A stretch of 64,000 nucleotides of DNA from an uncultured Acidobacteriota bacterium (GTDB taxonomy: Bacteria > Acidobacteriota > Thermoanaerobaculia > UBA5066): NCBI GenBank assembly GCA_963779415.1, contig CAVZYA010000003.1:320001-384000 (forward strand), written 5' to 3'. A model generated the notes under the pieces. That model had not been told where the DNA came from. It made no database searches and saw only the letters and a program-made list of their open reading frames with translations. Shown here one piece after another: positions 46,094 to 58,326 of the stretch (position 1 is its first letter; every line of letters begins with the position of its first letter). A program made the position numbers and the translations under genes.

Positions 46094-48505
46094 ATGGCCG
46101 AAAACTTTACCCTCCCCATCCTTCCTCTTCGAAATGCGGTCCTCTTCCCCGGTGTCAGCTTTCCCATCTCGGCTGGCCGGAGCGGAACGCTTCGCGCCAT
46201 CGACGAGGCGATGAAACACCCCGACCATCTCGTCTTCGCGGTCGCCCAACGGCAGGACCTCGAAAAGGTCACACCGGAGGGGCTCTACACCGTCGGCACG
46301 GTCGCGAGCATCGTGCAGCTCGAGCGAGGCCTCGGAGGCGCCCGGCTCTTTCTTCAGGGGCAGAGGCGCGGCATCGCCGTCCGGTTCGTCGAGCGCGCAG
46401 AAATGCTGGAAGCGGTCGTCGTCGACGCGGCCGAGATGCCGCCTCTCGACCCCGGGGCGCCGGTCTTCGTCGCCCTCGAAAAGGAAGTGCGCGAACGCGC
46501 CGCCGAGCTGGGTCGGCGGCTGGGCCTTCCCGACGAGGCCGCGAACCGGATCCTGGAAGAGGTGCCCGAACCGGGCCGCCTTGCCGATCTCGTGGCCGGC
46601 TATCTCGACATTCCGGCTCCCGAGCGCCAGCACATTCTGGAGACTCTCTCCGTCGAGGAGCGGCTCCGGAAGGTCGTCGTCCACATCCAGCGACAGATCG
46701 CCGTCCTCTCGCTCCAGGAGGACCTCAAGACGAAAGTGCAGGCCGAGATCGGAGACCGTCAGCGCGAGATGCTCCTGCGCGAGCAGATGAAGGCGATCCA
46801 GAAGGAACTCGGCGAGGGAGAAGGGAAGGACGCCGAGGACCTGAAGGAGCTGAAAGCGAAACTGGACGGTCTTCCGCTGCCGGAAGAGGCTCGACGCGAA
46901 GTCGAGCGCGAATGGGCCCGGCTCGGCCGGCTCGGGCGGGAGTCGATGGAGTCCCAGGTCGTCCGGACCTTCCTTGAGACGATTGCGGAGCTGCCGTGGG
47001 GCGCGCGGAGCGAGGACCATCTCGACGTACGCGAAGCCGCCCGCGTCCTCGACGAGGATCACTACGCCCTCTCCGACGTGAAGGACCGGATCCTCGAGTT
47101 CCTCGCCGTCCGGCAGCTCGTCTCGACCTCAGGCGGAGATGCCGGACGACCGGGGAAGGGGAAAATCCTTCTTTTCGCCGGCCCCCCGGGCACCGGCAAG
47201 ACCTCCATCGCGAAGTCGATCGCGCGGGCCATGGGGCGGAAGTACGTCCGGATCTCGCTCGGCGGCGCCCGCGACGAGGCGGACATCCGGGGGCACCGGC
47301 GCACGTACGTCGGGGCCCTCCCGGGAAGAATCCTGCAGGGGATGCGGCAGGCCGGGACGAAGAACCCGGTCTTCCTGCTCGACGAGATCGACAAGCTCGG
47401 CGTCTCCTTCCAGGGCGATCCGGCAGCGGCGCTGCTCGAGGTCCTCGACCCCGCGCAGAACGACAGCTTCACGGACCACTACCTCGGAGTCCCCTTCGAC
47501 CTTTCCGAGGTCCTCTTCATCGCGACGGCGAACTTCATCCAGAACATCCCGGCGCCGCTCCTCGACCGGCTCGAGACCGTGGAGTTCTCGGGGTACACGG
47601 AGGCCGAGAAGCTGGAAATCGCCCGCCTCTACCTCCTTCCCCGCCAGCTCTCCGAGAACGGCCTGAAGCCGGGGCAGATTGCGCTCGACGACGCGGCGAT
47701 CTCGGTCGTCATCTCGAGCTATACGCGGGAAGCCGGGGTCCGCCAGCTCGAGCGCGAGCTGGGACGGCTCGCGCGAAAGATCGCCCGGAAGATCGCCGCC
47801 GGCGAGATCGAGAGCGTCCAGGTCGGCGCCGACCGCGTTCCGACTCTCCTCGGCCGGCCGAAAGTCCACCCCGAGAAAGCCGACAGCGAGGACCGGATCG
47901 GAATCGCTACGGGGATGTACTACACCCCGGCCGGTGGCGACATCATGTTCGTCGAGGCGACTCTCATGCGCGGAAAGGGGGACGTGATCCTGACCGGCCA
48001 GCTCGGCGACGTCATGAAGGAATCGGCGCGGGCGGCGTGGAGCTATGCCCGCTCACAGGCGGCCGCCCTGGGAATCCTCGAGGAAGCGCGGGAGCAGGAT
48101 CTCCACGTCCACGTCCCGGCCGGCGCGATTCCCAAGGACGGCCCCTCGGCCGGCATCGCGATGGCCACGGCCATCGTCTCGGCGCTCTCGAAGCGCTCGG
48201 TACGGCACGACGTCGCCATGACCGGCGAGATCACGATCTCCGGGCGCGTCCTCCCGATCGGCGGCCTGAAGGAGAAGGTCCTCGGCGCGGTCCGCGCCGG
48301 ACTCACGACGATCCTTCTCCCGAAGGAGAACGAGGCCGACCTCGACGACCTCCCGAAGGACGTGCGCGGGCGGCTGGAGGTCCTCCCGGTCTCGACCCTC
48401 GACGAAGCTCTCGCTCTCACACTCCGGGGGGCGGCGCTCCGCGACGGCCACCTCCTTCTCCCGGATGTCGAGACCGAGAGCCGGCCGGGTGACCTGAGTC
48501 ACTGA
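46094..48505 (+). CDS. lon: ATP-dependent Lon protease (copy 1)
   Basis: [33 protein letters not shown] and IGGLKEK motifs. Confidence 0.96.
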   Translation: MAENFTLPILPLRNAVLFPGVSFPISAGRSGTLRAIDEAMKHPDHLVFAVAQRQDLEKVTPEGLYTVGTVASIVQLERGLGGARLFLQGQRRGIAVRFVERAEMLEAVVVDAAEMPPLDPGAPVFVALEKEVRERAAELGRRLGLPDEAANRILEEVPEPGRLADLVAGYLDIPAPERQHILETLSVEERLRKVVVHIQRQIAVLSLQEDLKTKVQAEIGDRQREMLLREQMKAIQKELGEGEGKDAEDLKELKAKLDGLPLPEEARREVEREWARLGRLGRESMESQVVRTFLETIAELPWGARSEDHLDVREAARVLDEDHYALSDVKDRILEFLAVRQLVSTSGGDAGRPGKGKILLFAGPPGTGKTSIAKSIARAMGRKYVRISLGGARDEADIRGHRRTYVGALPGRILQGMRQAGTKNPVFLLDEIDKLGVSFQGDPAAALLEVLDPAQNDSFTDHYLGVPFDLSEVLFIATANFIQNIPAPLLDRLETVEFSGYTEAEKLEIARLYLLPRQLSENGLKPGQIALDDAAISVVISSYTREAGVRQLERELGRLARKIARKIAAGEIESVQVGADRVPTLLGRPKVHPEKADSEDRIGIATGMYYTPAGGDIMFVEATLMRGKGDVILTGQLGDVMKESARAAWSYARSQAAALGILEEAREQDLHVHVPAGAIPKDGPSAGIAMATAIVSALSKRSVRHDVAMTGEITISGRVLPIGGLKEKVLGAVRAGLTTILLPKENEADLDDLPKDVRGRLEVLPVSTLDEALALTLRGAALRDGHLLLPDVETESRPGDLSH

Positions 48506-48557
48506 GGATGAAGGATCGGGCGCCGCAAAGCCCCGTCCTTCTCTATCATTCCGCCGG

Positions 48558-48881
48558 ATGCATCCTTACCGCTTCCCCCGGAAGAAGGGACGCTTCCTGG
48601 TCGAGTTCAGCGACGCCGGAGGCAACCGGCGCATGTCCTTCACGCGTGACCTTTCGCTCAACGGCTTCTTCGTCATCTCGGACCACATTCCGAAAGTGAA
48701 CGAACCGACGACCGTCCGCCTCCACGGCGCGCGCGGAAAAGTCCTGGAGCTCCCGGGAAGGATCGTCCGGATCGGCCGATCGTCGGCGGCCGGAGGAACG
48801 GCCGTCGCGGCGGGTTTCGGATTCCACATCTCCGGCCTGAATGACGATTACATGGCCCTCGTCGATTCCCTCCCCGCCTGA
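48558..48881 (+). CDS. stand-alone PilZ domain protein
   Basis: RFPR near the N-terminus and DLSLNG motif; GRIVR and GFGFHI strands. Confidence 0.75.
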   Translation: MHPYRFPRKKGRFLVEFSDAGGNRRMSFTRDLSLNGFFVISDHIPKVNEPTTVRLHGARGKVLELPGRIVRIGRSSAAGGTAVAAGFGFHISGLNDDYMALVDSLPA

Positions 48882-49468
48882 GAGCCTCCCGGCGAGGCGG
48901 CGAAGAGGCGCATCGTCCCGCGCCGCCGGAGCGTCGCCCTCTCGATCGAAAAGCCGGCCGCCTCGACGTTCCGCTCGGTCTCGCGATTGGGGTGGCATCC
49001 GCCCGTGAACCAGGTCCAGGCGGGCTGCGAGAGATCCTGAAGACGGCCCGCGACGCGCCCCGGATCGCGGACGTGCTCGAGCATCCAGAGCCTTCCCCCC
49101 GCGGCGAGGACCCGTTTCACCTCCGAAAAGCCGCGCGCGGGCTCCCCGACGGAGCAGAAGACGAGCCCGGAGAGGACGACGTCGAAGACTCCTCCGCGGA
49201 ACGGAAGGGCCTCGGCGCGGGCGAGAACGAGGGGCCTGCCGTGCCCCCTCGCCACGGCCTTCCGGAGCGACTCGAAACACGGGTCGACCCCGAAGGCGCG
49301 AGCATCCCCCGGGAGATTCTCGAGATTCCGTCCCGTCCCGCAGCCGAGGTCGAGGGTCCGGCCGCGCGCGCCGGAGACGAGCGCGCTCCGGTACGCGCCG
49401 AGCCCGAGGGCCTCGAGGAGCGTCATACCGGCGTCATAGAGCCAGGGGATCTGCTCGACGCCTCGCAC
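48848..49468 (-). CDS. class I SAM-dependent methyltransferase
   Basis: LDLGCGTG, AEALPF, LVFCSV, LEHV and GGCHPNR motifs. Confidence 0.88.
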   Translation of the reverse strand: MRGVEQIPWLYDAGMTLLEALGLGAYRSALVSGARGRTLDLGCGTGRNLENLPGDARAFGVDPCFESLRKAVARGHGRPLVLARAEALPFRGGVFDVVLSGLVFCSVGEPARGFSEVKRVLAAGGRLWMLEHVRDPGRVAGRLQDLSQPAWTWFTGGCHPNRETERNVEAAGFSIERATLRRRGTMRLFAASPGGSQAGRESTRAM

Positions 49469-49512
49469 GACCCGGCATTCTCCCATCCCCGCCGGCCTGC
49501 GATGATCACGCC

Positions 49513-50697
49513 ATGGCCCTCCCAGCCTACGAGCGCGATCCATACCGGACGGACCTCGATGCCGAAGTCCTCGCAACGGGCGAGGAGAACGGCCGCCCCT
49601 TCGCCATTCTCTCCGACACGATCTTCTATCCCGAAGGGGGCGGCCAGCCTTCCGATCGGGGAACCCTCGCGGGCGTCGCCGTCCTCGACGTCAGGAAGGC
49701 GCCGGACGGGATCCGGCACACCCTCGAACGGACCGTGCCCCGGGGTCCGGCGGCACTTCGCCTCGACGGGGCGCGCCGCTTCGATCACATGCAGCAGCAC
49801 ACGGGGCAGCACCTTCTCACGGCCGTGGCCGAGGACCGATTCGGCTGGCAGACGACGGCCTTCCACCTCGGCGAGCGTCTTTGCGACATCGAGCTGGCCG
49901 CTCCGAGCCTCGCTCGGGACCGGCTCCGGGCGCTCGAGGAGGCCGTCGCGGCGGAGATCCGGGCGGCTCGCCCCGTCTCGCCGCGCCGGGTCTCGCCGGA
50001 GGAGTTCGCCCGGCTCTCCGTCCGGACACGCGGCCTGCCGGAAGGACACGAAGGGGAGATCCGTCTCGTGGAGATCCAGGGCCTCGACCTCAGTACGTGC
50101 GGGGGGACGCACCTTCGCACGACGGCGGAGATCGAGCTGCTCGCGTTCCCCGGAACGGAGCCGGTCCGCGGAGGGACGCGGCTCTTCTTCGCCGCCGGGG
50201 GCCGGGCACGCCGGCGTCTCGCGGCTCACGAGGAGCGTGGCGCCGCCCTTCGAAAGCTTCTCGGCGCCGCGGACGAGGGACTCGTCGCGGCGGTCGAAGA
50301 GCGGCTTGCAAAGCTGAAGGACGCCGAGAGACTTCTCAGAGGAAAAGAAGAGGAGGAGGCCCTGGGGACAGCCGCCGCCCTTGCCCGGGAAGAGGCGACC
50401 GTTGTGAGCCGGACATTCGTCGACCGGCCCGCGGCCTTCTTGAATTCCCTTTCGAAGGAATTTCTCTCGGCGGCCCCCTCGAAAGCAGGCCTGTTCGCGT
50501 CGACGAGCGGCGGCCAGGCGTTCTTTCTTCTCGTCGCGGGACCGGACGCTTCGCTCGACGTCCCCGCCGCCGGGCGCGAGGTCGCGGCAATCCTCGGCGG
50601 GAAGGGGGGCGGCTCGGGGCGCCTCTTCCAGGGAAAGGCCGGATCGCTCGAGGCGCTCCCTTACGCCCTCGAACGTCTCCGCAAGCTGACCGGTTAG
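49513..50697 (+). CDS. AlaX-type alanyl-tRNA editing protein with DHHA1 domain
   Basis: TIFYPEGGGQPSDRG, MQQHTGQHLL, CGGTH and GGKGGG motifs. Confidence 0.92.
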   Translation: MALPAYERDPYRTDLDAEVLATGEENGRPFAILSDTIFYPEGGGQPSDRGTLAGVAVLDVRKAPDGIRHTLERTVPRGPAALRLDGARRFDHMQQHTGQHLLTAVAEDRFGWQTTAFHLGERLCDIELAAPSLARDRLRALEEAVAAEIRAARPVSPRRVSPEEFARLSVRTRGLPEGHEGEIRLVEIQGLDLSTCGGTHLRTTAEIELLAFPGTEPVRGGTRLFFAAGGRARRRLAAHEERGAALRKLLGAADEGLVAAVEERLAKLKDAERLLRGKEEEEALGTAAALAREEATVVSRTFVDRPAAFLNSLSKEFLSAAPSKAGLFASTSGGQAFFLLVAGPDASLDVPAAGREVAAILGGKGGGSGRLFQGKAGSLEALPYALERLRKLTG

Positions 50698-51473
50698 GGG
50701 CGCTCGACGGGAGGAGAGCGCCCGAGCTTCCGGAGGGTCGCGGCCGGGTCGTTCGTCAGGACGGCGTCGCAGCCGAGAAGGCGGTAGTACCAGAGTCGGC
50801 CATCGGGCCTCTCGTCGAGCGGGGCGACGAAGAGCCCCCGGCGCCGGGCGAGAGAGACGAAGAACGGGTTCGCGAAAAGGACCGGCCAGAGGGGGCCGAC
50901 CATCTGCGCCTCCCCCTTCGGCGGAAGGCTCCCCATCCGCGAGAGGAACCCGGCGAGGATCTCCGGAACCTCCCGCTTCACGACGCGGCACCGCTCGAAC
51001 CGGAACGAAAGAACGGCCGTCCGGTCGAGGAGGCCGTACGACCGCAGGGTCTCGCCGAGTCGCCGCGCCACCTCCGGCTCGAGGAACCGGTCCGTCTTCA
51101 GCTCCAGCGCGAGTCCCGTTCCCGCCGCAAGGAGCGCGATCAGCTCCTCGAGGACCGGAACGAGTTCGCCTTCGAACCCCGCCCGCCCGAAGGAAACCGG
51201 ATGTCTCTTCAGCTCGGCGAGCGTCACGTCGGCGACGGTCACCGCGACGCCTCCCGTCCGGAGAAGCGTCGGGTCGTGGATGCAGACGAACTTCCCGTCG
51301 CGTGTCAGGTGGAGGTCGGTCTCGACGATGTCCGCTCCGTCCCGGACCGCACGCTCGAAGGACGCGCAGGTGTTCTCGGGCGCCACCGCGCTGTTTCCCC
51401 GGTGAGCCATCACGAGCGGCAGGGGCCGTCCGGAGAGCGCGGCCGGGACCTTGGGGAGGGGGGACGGCGACAT
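50694..51473 (-). CDS. glycerophosphodiester phosphodiesterase
   Basis: MAHRG, APENT, VETD, IHD, LELK and VLTNDP motifs. Confidence 0.92.
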   Translation of the reverse strand: MSPSPLPKVPAALSGRPLPLVMAHRGNSAVAPENTCASFERAVRDGADIVETDLHLTRDGKFVCIHDPTLLRTGGVAVTVADVTLAELKRHPVSFGRAGFEGELVPVLEELIALLAAGTGLALELKTDRFLEPEVARRLGETLRSYGLLDRTAVLSFRFERCRVVKREVPEILAGFLSRMGSLPPKGEAQMVGPLWPVLFANPFFVSLARRRGLFVAPLDERPDGRLWYYRLLGCDAVLTNDPAATLRKLGRSPPVERP

Positions 51474-51519
51474 GGGCCGTGGCGATCGTAATCCGATCGG
51501 GACGGGCTATGCTTCGGCC

Positions 51520-52002
51520 GTGCGATGTCCGTACTGCGGCGCGACCGACGATCGTGTCGTCGATTCGCGTGAAAGCCGGGAAGGGGCCGTCATAAGGCGC
51601 CGCCGCGAGTGCGCGGCCTGCGAGAGGCGTTTCACTTCGTACGAGACCGTCGAGGAGATTCCCGTCCTCGTCATCAAGCGCGACGGCCGACGCGAGCCTT
51701 TCGACCGGAACAAGCTCCTTCGCGGCCTCATGAAGGCGTGCGAGAAGAGGCCCGTGGAAACGCGGCGCCTCGAGCAGATCTGCGAGGAGATCGAGACCGC
51801 TCTCCACGCCCGCGAGCCGCGCGAGATGTCGACCGAAGAGCTCGGGACCCGCGTCATGGAGAGTCTGAAGGAGATCGACCAGGTCGCCTACGTCCGCTTC
51901 GCGTCGGTCTACCGCCGATTCGAGGATCTCGGAGACTTCGTGGACGAGCTGAAGACCCTTCTGGGCCGCCGTCCGGGGGCGCGGAAGCGCCGGGAGGGAT
52001 GA
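51520..52002 (+). CDS. nrdR: transcriptional repressor NrdR
   Basis: RCPYCG...VVDSRE...IRRRRECAACERRFTSYE, ATP cone and VAYVRFASVY. Confidence 0.97.
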   Translation: MRCPYCGATDDRVVDSRESREGAVIRRRRECAACERRFTSYETVEEIPVLVIKRDGRREPFDRNKLLRGLMKACEKRPVETRRLEQICEEIETALHAREPREMSTEELGTRVMESLKEIDQVAYVRFASVYRRFEDLGDFVDELKTLLGRRPGARKRREG

Positions 52003-52426
52003 CGACGATGCCGAAGAGTTCAAGCCCGCGCCGTCCCGTCGCCTTCATTCTCGGGGGCGAGGGCTCCTTGCCGGGACCGCCTTCCCATCCCCTCGCGCCG
52101 CCCGTGGACGTCGTCGAGAGCCCGTCCGGCTGGCGCCTCGTTTTCGAGATCCCCGGCTCGGTCGCCGAGCGGACCTCCATCGAGGTGAAGGAGCGGGTCG
52201 TCGTCGTCCGGGGCGAGCGGCGCCGGACGGAGGGCGACGGCGGCGTTTTCCTCCGTCTCGAGCGGGTCACCGGACCGTTCGAGCGGGCCCTCGAGCTCCC
52301 CGAGGACGCGGACGGCGAGCGCGCGACGGCCTTCTACCAGGACGGCCTCCTCATCCTCGACGTCCCGAAACGCGCGGCCGCGAGGGGACGCACGATTCCG
52401 ATCCGGCGCGCGGATCCGGAGACGAC

Positions 52427-52430
<4 letters not shown>
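51999..52430 (+). CDS. small heat-shock protein (Hsp20/alpha-crystallin)
   Basis: PPVDVVE, EIPG, VRGERR, ERVTGPFERALELP and YQDGLLILDVPK motifs. Confidence 0.88.
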
Positions 52431-54854
<2,424 letters not shown>

Positions 54855-54858
<4 letters not shown>

Positions 54859-55896
54859 AGAGACTTCCCTCCGAGGACGTCCTCGTCGGGCGGCTCCAGC
54901 GTCTCTTCGCCACACGGCGCCGCGACGTCCTGCTCGGCATCGGGGACGACGCCGCCGTCGTCGCCGGAGTCGGGCGCCTCGTCGCGACGACCGACTCCCT
55001 CGTCGAGGGGACCGATTTCCGCAAGGACGCCGACCCGCGCCGCCTCGGGCGGAAAGCGCTCAGCATGAACCTCTCGGACCTCGCCGCGATGGGGGCGACG
55101 CCTCTCTGGTCTCTCCTCGCGCTCGGACTCCCCCGCCGGACGGACCCGGCCTGGTTCGACGCGTTCACCGAGGGAGTCCGCGAGGTGGCGCAGGAGAACG
55201 GTGTCGCCGTCGTCGGCGGGGACCTTTCGGCCGCTCCGACGCTCTTCGCCTCCATCACCGTTCTCGGCCGTGCTCCCCGGAAAGGGGTCCTTCGCCGCGA
55301 CACGGCGAGATCCGGCGATCTTCTCTACGTCTCCGGAACGCTCGGGAGCGCCGCCGCCGGCTTCCTGCTCCTCGAGGCGGGCTACCGCCTCCGGCCGGAC
55401 AAGACGGTTCGATGTCCGGGACGGTCGCGGCTCCTTCCGACCCGGGCTGCGGAGGTCGCGCGTCTGATACGGCATCACGTCGACCCGCGCCCGAAGCTCG
55501 AGCTGGGGCGCGCCCTCGCGGACGGAGGCGTCGCCTCCGCCGCCATCGACCTCTCGGACGGGCTCTCAAGGGATCTTCACCGCCTCTGCCGCGCGTCGGG
55601 CCGATCCGCGACACTCGAGGTCGAAAGCCTCCCCGTCGACACCGGAATCCGGGAGCTCGACGGCCTCGTTCGCCTCGATCCGCTTCGCCTCGCGCTCTTC
55701 GGGGGAGAGGACTACGGCCTTCTCTTCACGGTGCCGAAGCGGAGGCGCCCGCTCGCCGATCGGCTCGCGGCGCGATTCCCGATCCGGGCCATCGGCGTCC
55801 TCGATGACCGGCGGCGAGCCGGGAACGGTCGTCCTCCACGCGGCCGACGGTCCTCGGCCTCTCCCCGACGCGGGGTGGGACCACTTTGAAAGATAA
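54855..55896 (+). CDS. thiL: thiamine-monophosphate kinase (+1 frameshift near 55823)
   Basis: [27 protein letters not shown] and GGEDY motifs; the typical GWDHF end lies in a shifted frame that stops at 55896. Confidence 0.92.
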
Positions 55897-56434
55897 GCGG
55901 AGCTTCCGGGTCCGGTTCCTCGAGATGCTCGGACGGGACGACCCGCCCGAGAAGGTCGCGGCCTCCTTCGCCCTCGGCGTCACGATCTCCTTCACGCCGC
56001 TGATCGGCTTTCACTGGCTCATCGCCCTCGCGCTCGCCGTCGTCCTGAAGCTGAACAAGGTCGACATCCTCCTCGGGACGTTCGCCGTCAACCCCTTCAC
56101 GATCGGACCGCTCGCGGCCATCGCCGTTCCGATCGGGCGGTTCGTCCTCCGGGCCGAGCGGGAAGCGCTCACCCACCTTCCGTGGCGCGAATTTCTGAGC
56201 CTTTCGTTCTGGGTCCAGGCCGGTCCGCGAATGCGCGCCATCGGCCTCCAGTGGGGCGCCGGGATGCTGGTCCTCGGCCTCGTCGCCGGGTCGCTCACCT
56301 ACGTCATCCTTGTGAACGTCATCCGGGCCCACCGCGCCCGCCTCGCCGCCGCGGACGCCGTCCCGCCGGGCGGCATCCCCGAGCACGGCATGCCCGAAGA
56401 CGAAGAGCCCGAGCCTCCCGGCTTCCAGCTCTGA
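55886..56434 (+). CDS. DUF2062 family membrane protein
   Basis: DPPEKVAASFALGVTISFTP and GTFAVNPFT motifs. Confidence 0.82.
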   Translation: MKDKRSFRVRFLEMLGRDDPPEKVAASFALGVTISFTPLIGFHWLIALALAVVLKLNKVDILLGTFAVNPFTIGPLAAIAVPIGRFVLRAEREALTHLPWREFLSLSFWVQAGPRMRAIGLQWGAGMLVLGLVAGSLTYVILVNVIRAHRARLAAADAVPPGGIPEHGMPEDEEPEPPGFQL

Positions 56435-56441
56435 TCCGGGG

Positions 56442-58326
56442 TCAGTTCCCGACCGCTGCCGCCCGCTCCTTCAGGAATTTCCGGGCGTCCGCGTTCGCCG
56501 GATCGGCGACGAGGGCCCGACGGGCCTCCTTCCAGGATTCGGTCCCGGCCGCGCTCCCCCCTTTTCGGGCGAGGAGGCGGGCGAGAGCGAGGTGGGCCGA
56601 CGAAGCCCCGCCTCCGAGTGGAATCGCCCTTCGCCATTCCGCCTCCGCCTCGCCGAGGCGCCCCTCGTTCTCGAGAAAGACCGCGTGGTGCCACGCGACG
56701 GGATACGACCGGGGCGCGGCCTCCACGGCCTCGTCCCACGCCTCGTCGGCCTCCTCCGTCCGGCCGGTCTCCTCGAGCGTCTTCGCGAGACCCCACAGGC
56801 CGTTCTCGTAGTCCGGCATGATCTCTATGGACTTCCGGTAACACGTCACCGCGTCGTCCCACCTCTTCTCGGCCCAGGCGATCCGCCCGAGCGAGGCCCA
56901 CGCGTCGTAGTAACGCGGAAAGAGCTCCACCGCCCTCTCGAGATGTCTCTTCTGGCTCGTGACGTCCCCGCGCCGCCCCGCGTCGTAGGCGAGGTTGTAG
57001 CTGCGCCTTCGCCGACCGCGGAAACTTCGCGACCATGTCCGAAAAGAGAGTCCGGTCATCGCGCCAGACGAGATTCCGGCGGGCCGAAAGTCCTCCATAG
57101 AGAAGAACGAGAGCCGCGAGCAGGACGGGTCGGAGCTTTCCGTGGGCCGGGCGTGGAACCTCGCGGCGCTCGGGCGTGCCGAATCCGACGACGAGCGCGA
57201 AGAGGCCGGCCGCGGGGAGGTACATCAGCCGCTCGGCGTAGATCGTTCCGACGACGAAGGGAACGTTCGACGCGGGGAAGAGGGTCCCCGAAAAGAGGAG
57301 GAATCCGAAGAGGGTAAGCGGCCTCGGGAACCGGACCCGCCATGCGGCGACCGCACCGGCCGAGAGGATCAGGAGGCCGGCCCATGTCCGTCCGTCCAGA
57401 TAGCCCGTCGCGATCGCGAGCGCGTGGGCGGAATGATCCGCCGAGAGGCCGTACGGGACGAGCGTATGGACGGCGTACCGGACGGCGAGCGTCAGCGCGT
57501 TCAGGATTCGAAGGGAGGGGGAAAGGAGGACGAGCGGGTTCTCCAGTTCCCAGATTCCGGCCCCACGGGCGAGGAGAAATCCGCCGAGGACGAGAGAGCG
57601 GACGGCGAAGAGAAGAATGAGGGGAACGAAGAGACCGAGGAAGGCCCATCGGTCTCGGCGCGCGCTCCCCCGCCACACCCCGACGAAGCCTCGCCACGAT
57701 CCTCCGCGAAAGAGCTCGCCGAGGAGGACGAGGCCCGGCAGGACGACGGCACTCTCCTTGACGAAGACCGCGGAGAGGAAGAGGACGAGGGCGAACAGGT
57801 ACGGGACGACGCGGAGCCGGTCGGCCTCGGTCGCCTTCAGCCAGAGCCCCGCGGCCGAAAGGACGAGAAGCGCGGAAAGAGTCTCGGCGCGGCCCACGAG
57901 GCTCGTCACCGCCTCGACGTGGATCGGAACGACGGCGAACAGCGCGGAAACCGCGAGAACGGAGGGGCGCGAGAAGCCGAGTGCGACGAGCCAGGCGGCG
58001 AGAGCAACCGTCGCCCCCGCGTGAAGAGCGATGTTGACGGCCCGGAAGAATCCCGGGCGCTCGCCGTGAAGCCATCGCTCCACGCCGTACGTTAGGAGGA
58101 CGAGCGGCCGGTAGTTCTGCCCGGTCGCGAGAGAGCCGCCGAAGTAGTGCGTCGTGAAGATCTCACGGATCTTCGCGGGCTCGGCGATCCGCTCGTTGTC
58201 CCGGATGATCAGCTTGTCGTCGTAGGTGAAGTCGGCCGGCAGGCCGTTCAGGAACGGGAGGATGGCGAGCACGGCGAGAAGCAGCGCCTCGGTCCGGGAG
58301 AGGCGGGGCGAGGAGCCGCCGCTCAC
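56442..58326 (-). CDS. TMTC-like (GT105-type, DUF1736) membrane glycosyltransferase with C-terminal TPRs (+1 frameshift near 57003)
   Basis: [37 protein letters not shown] and [12 protein letters not shown] motifs; TPRs continue in the shifted frame. Confidence 0.85.
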
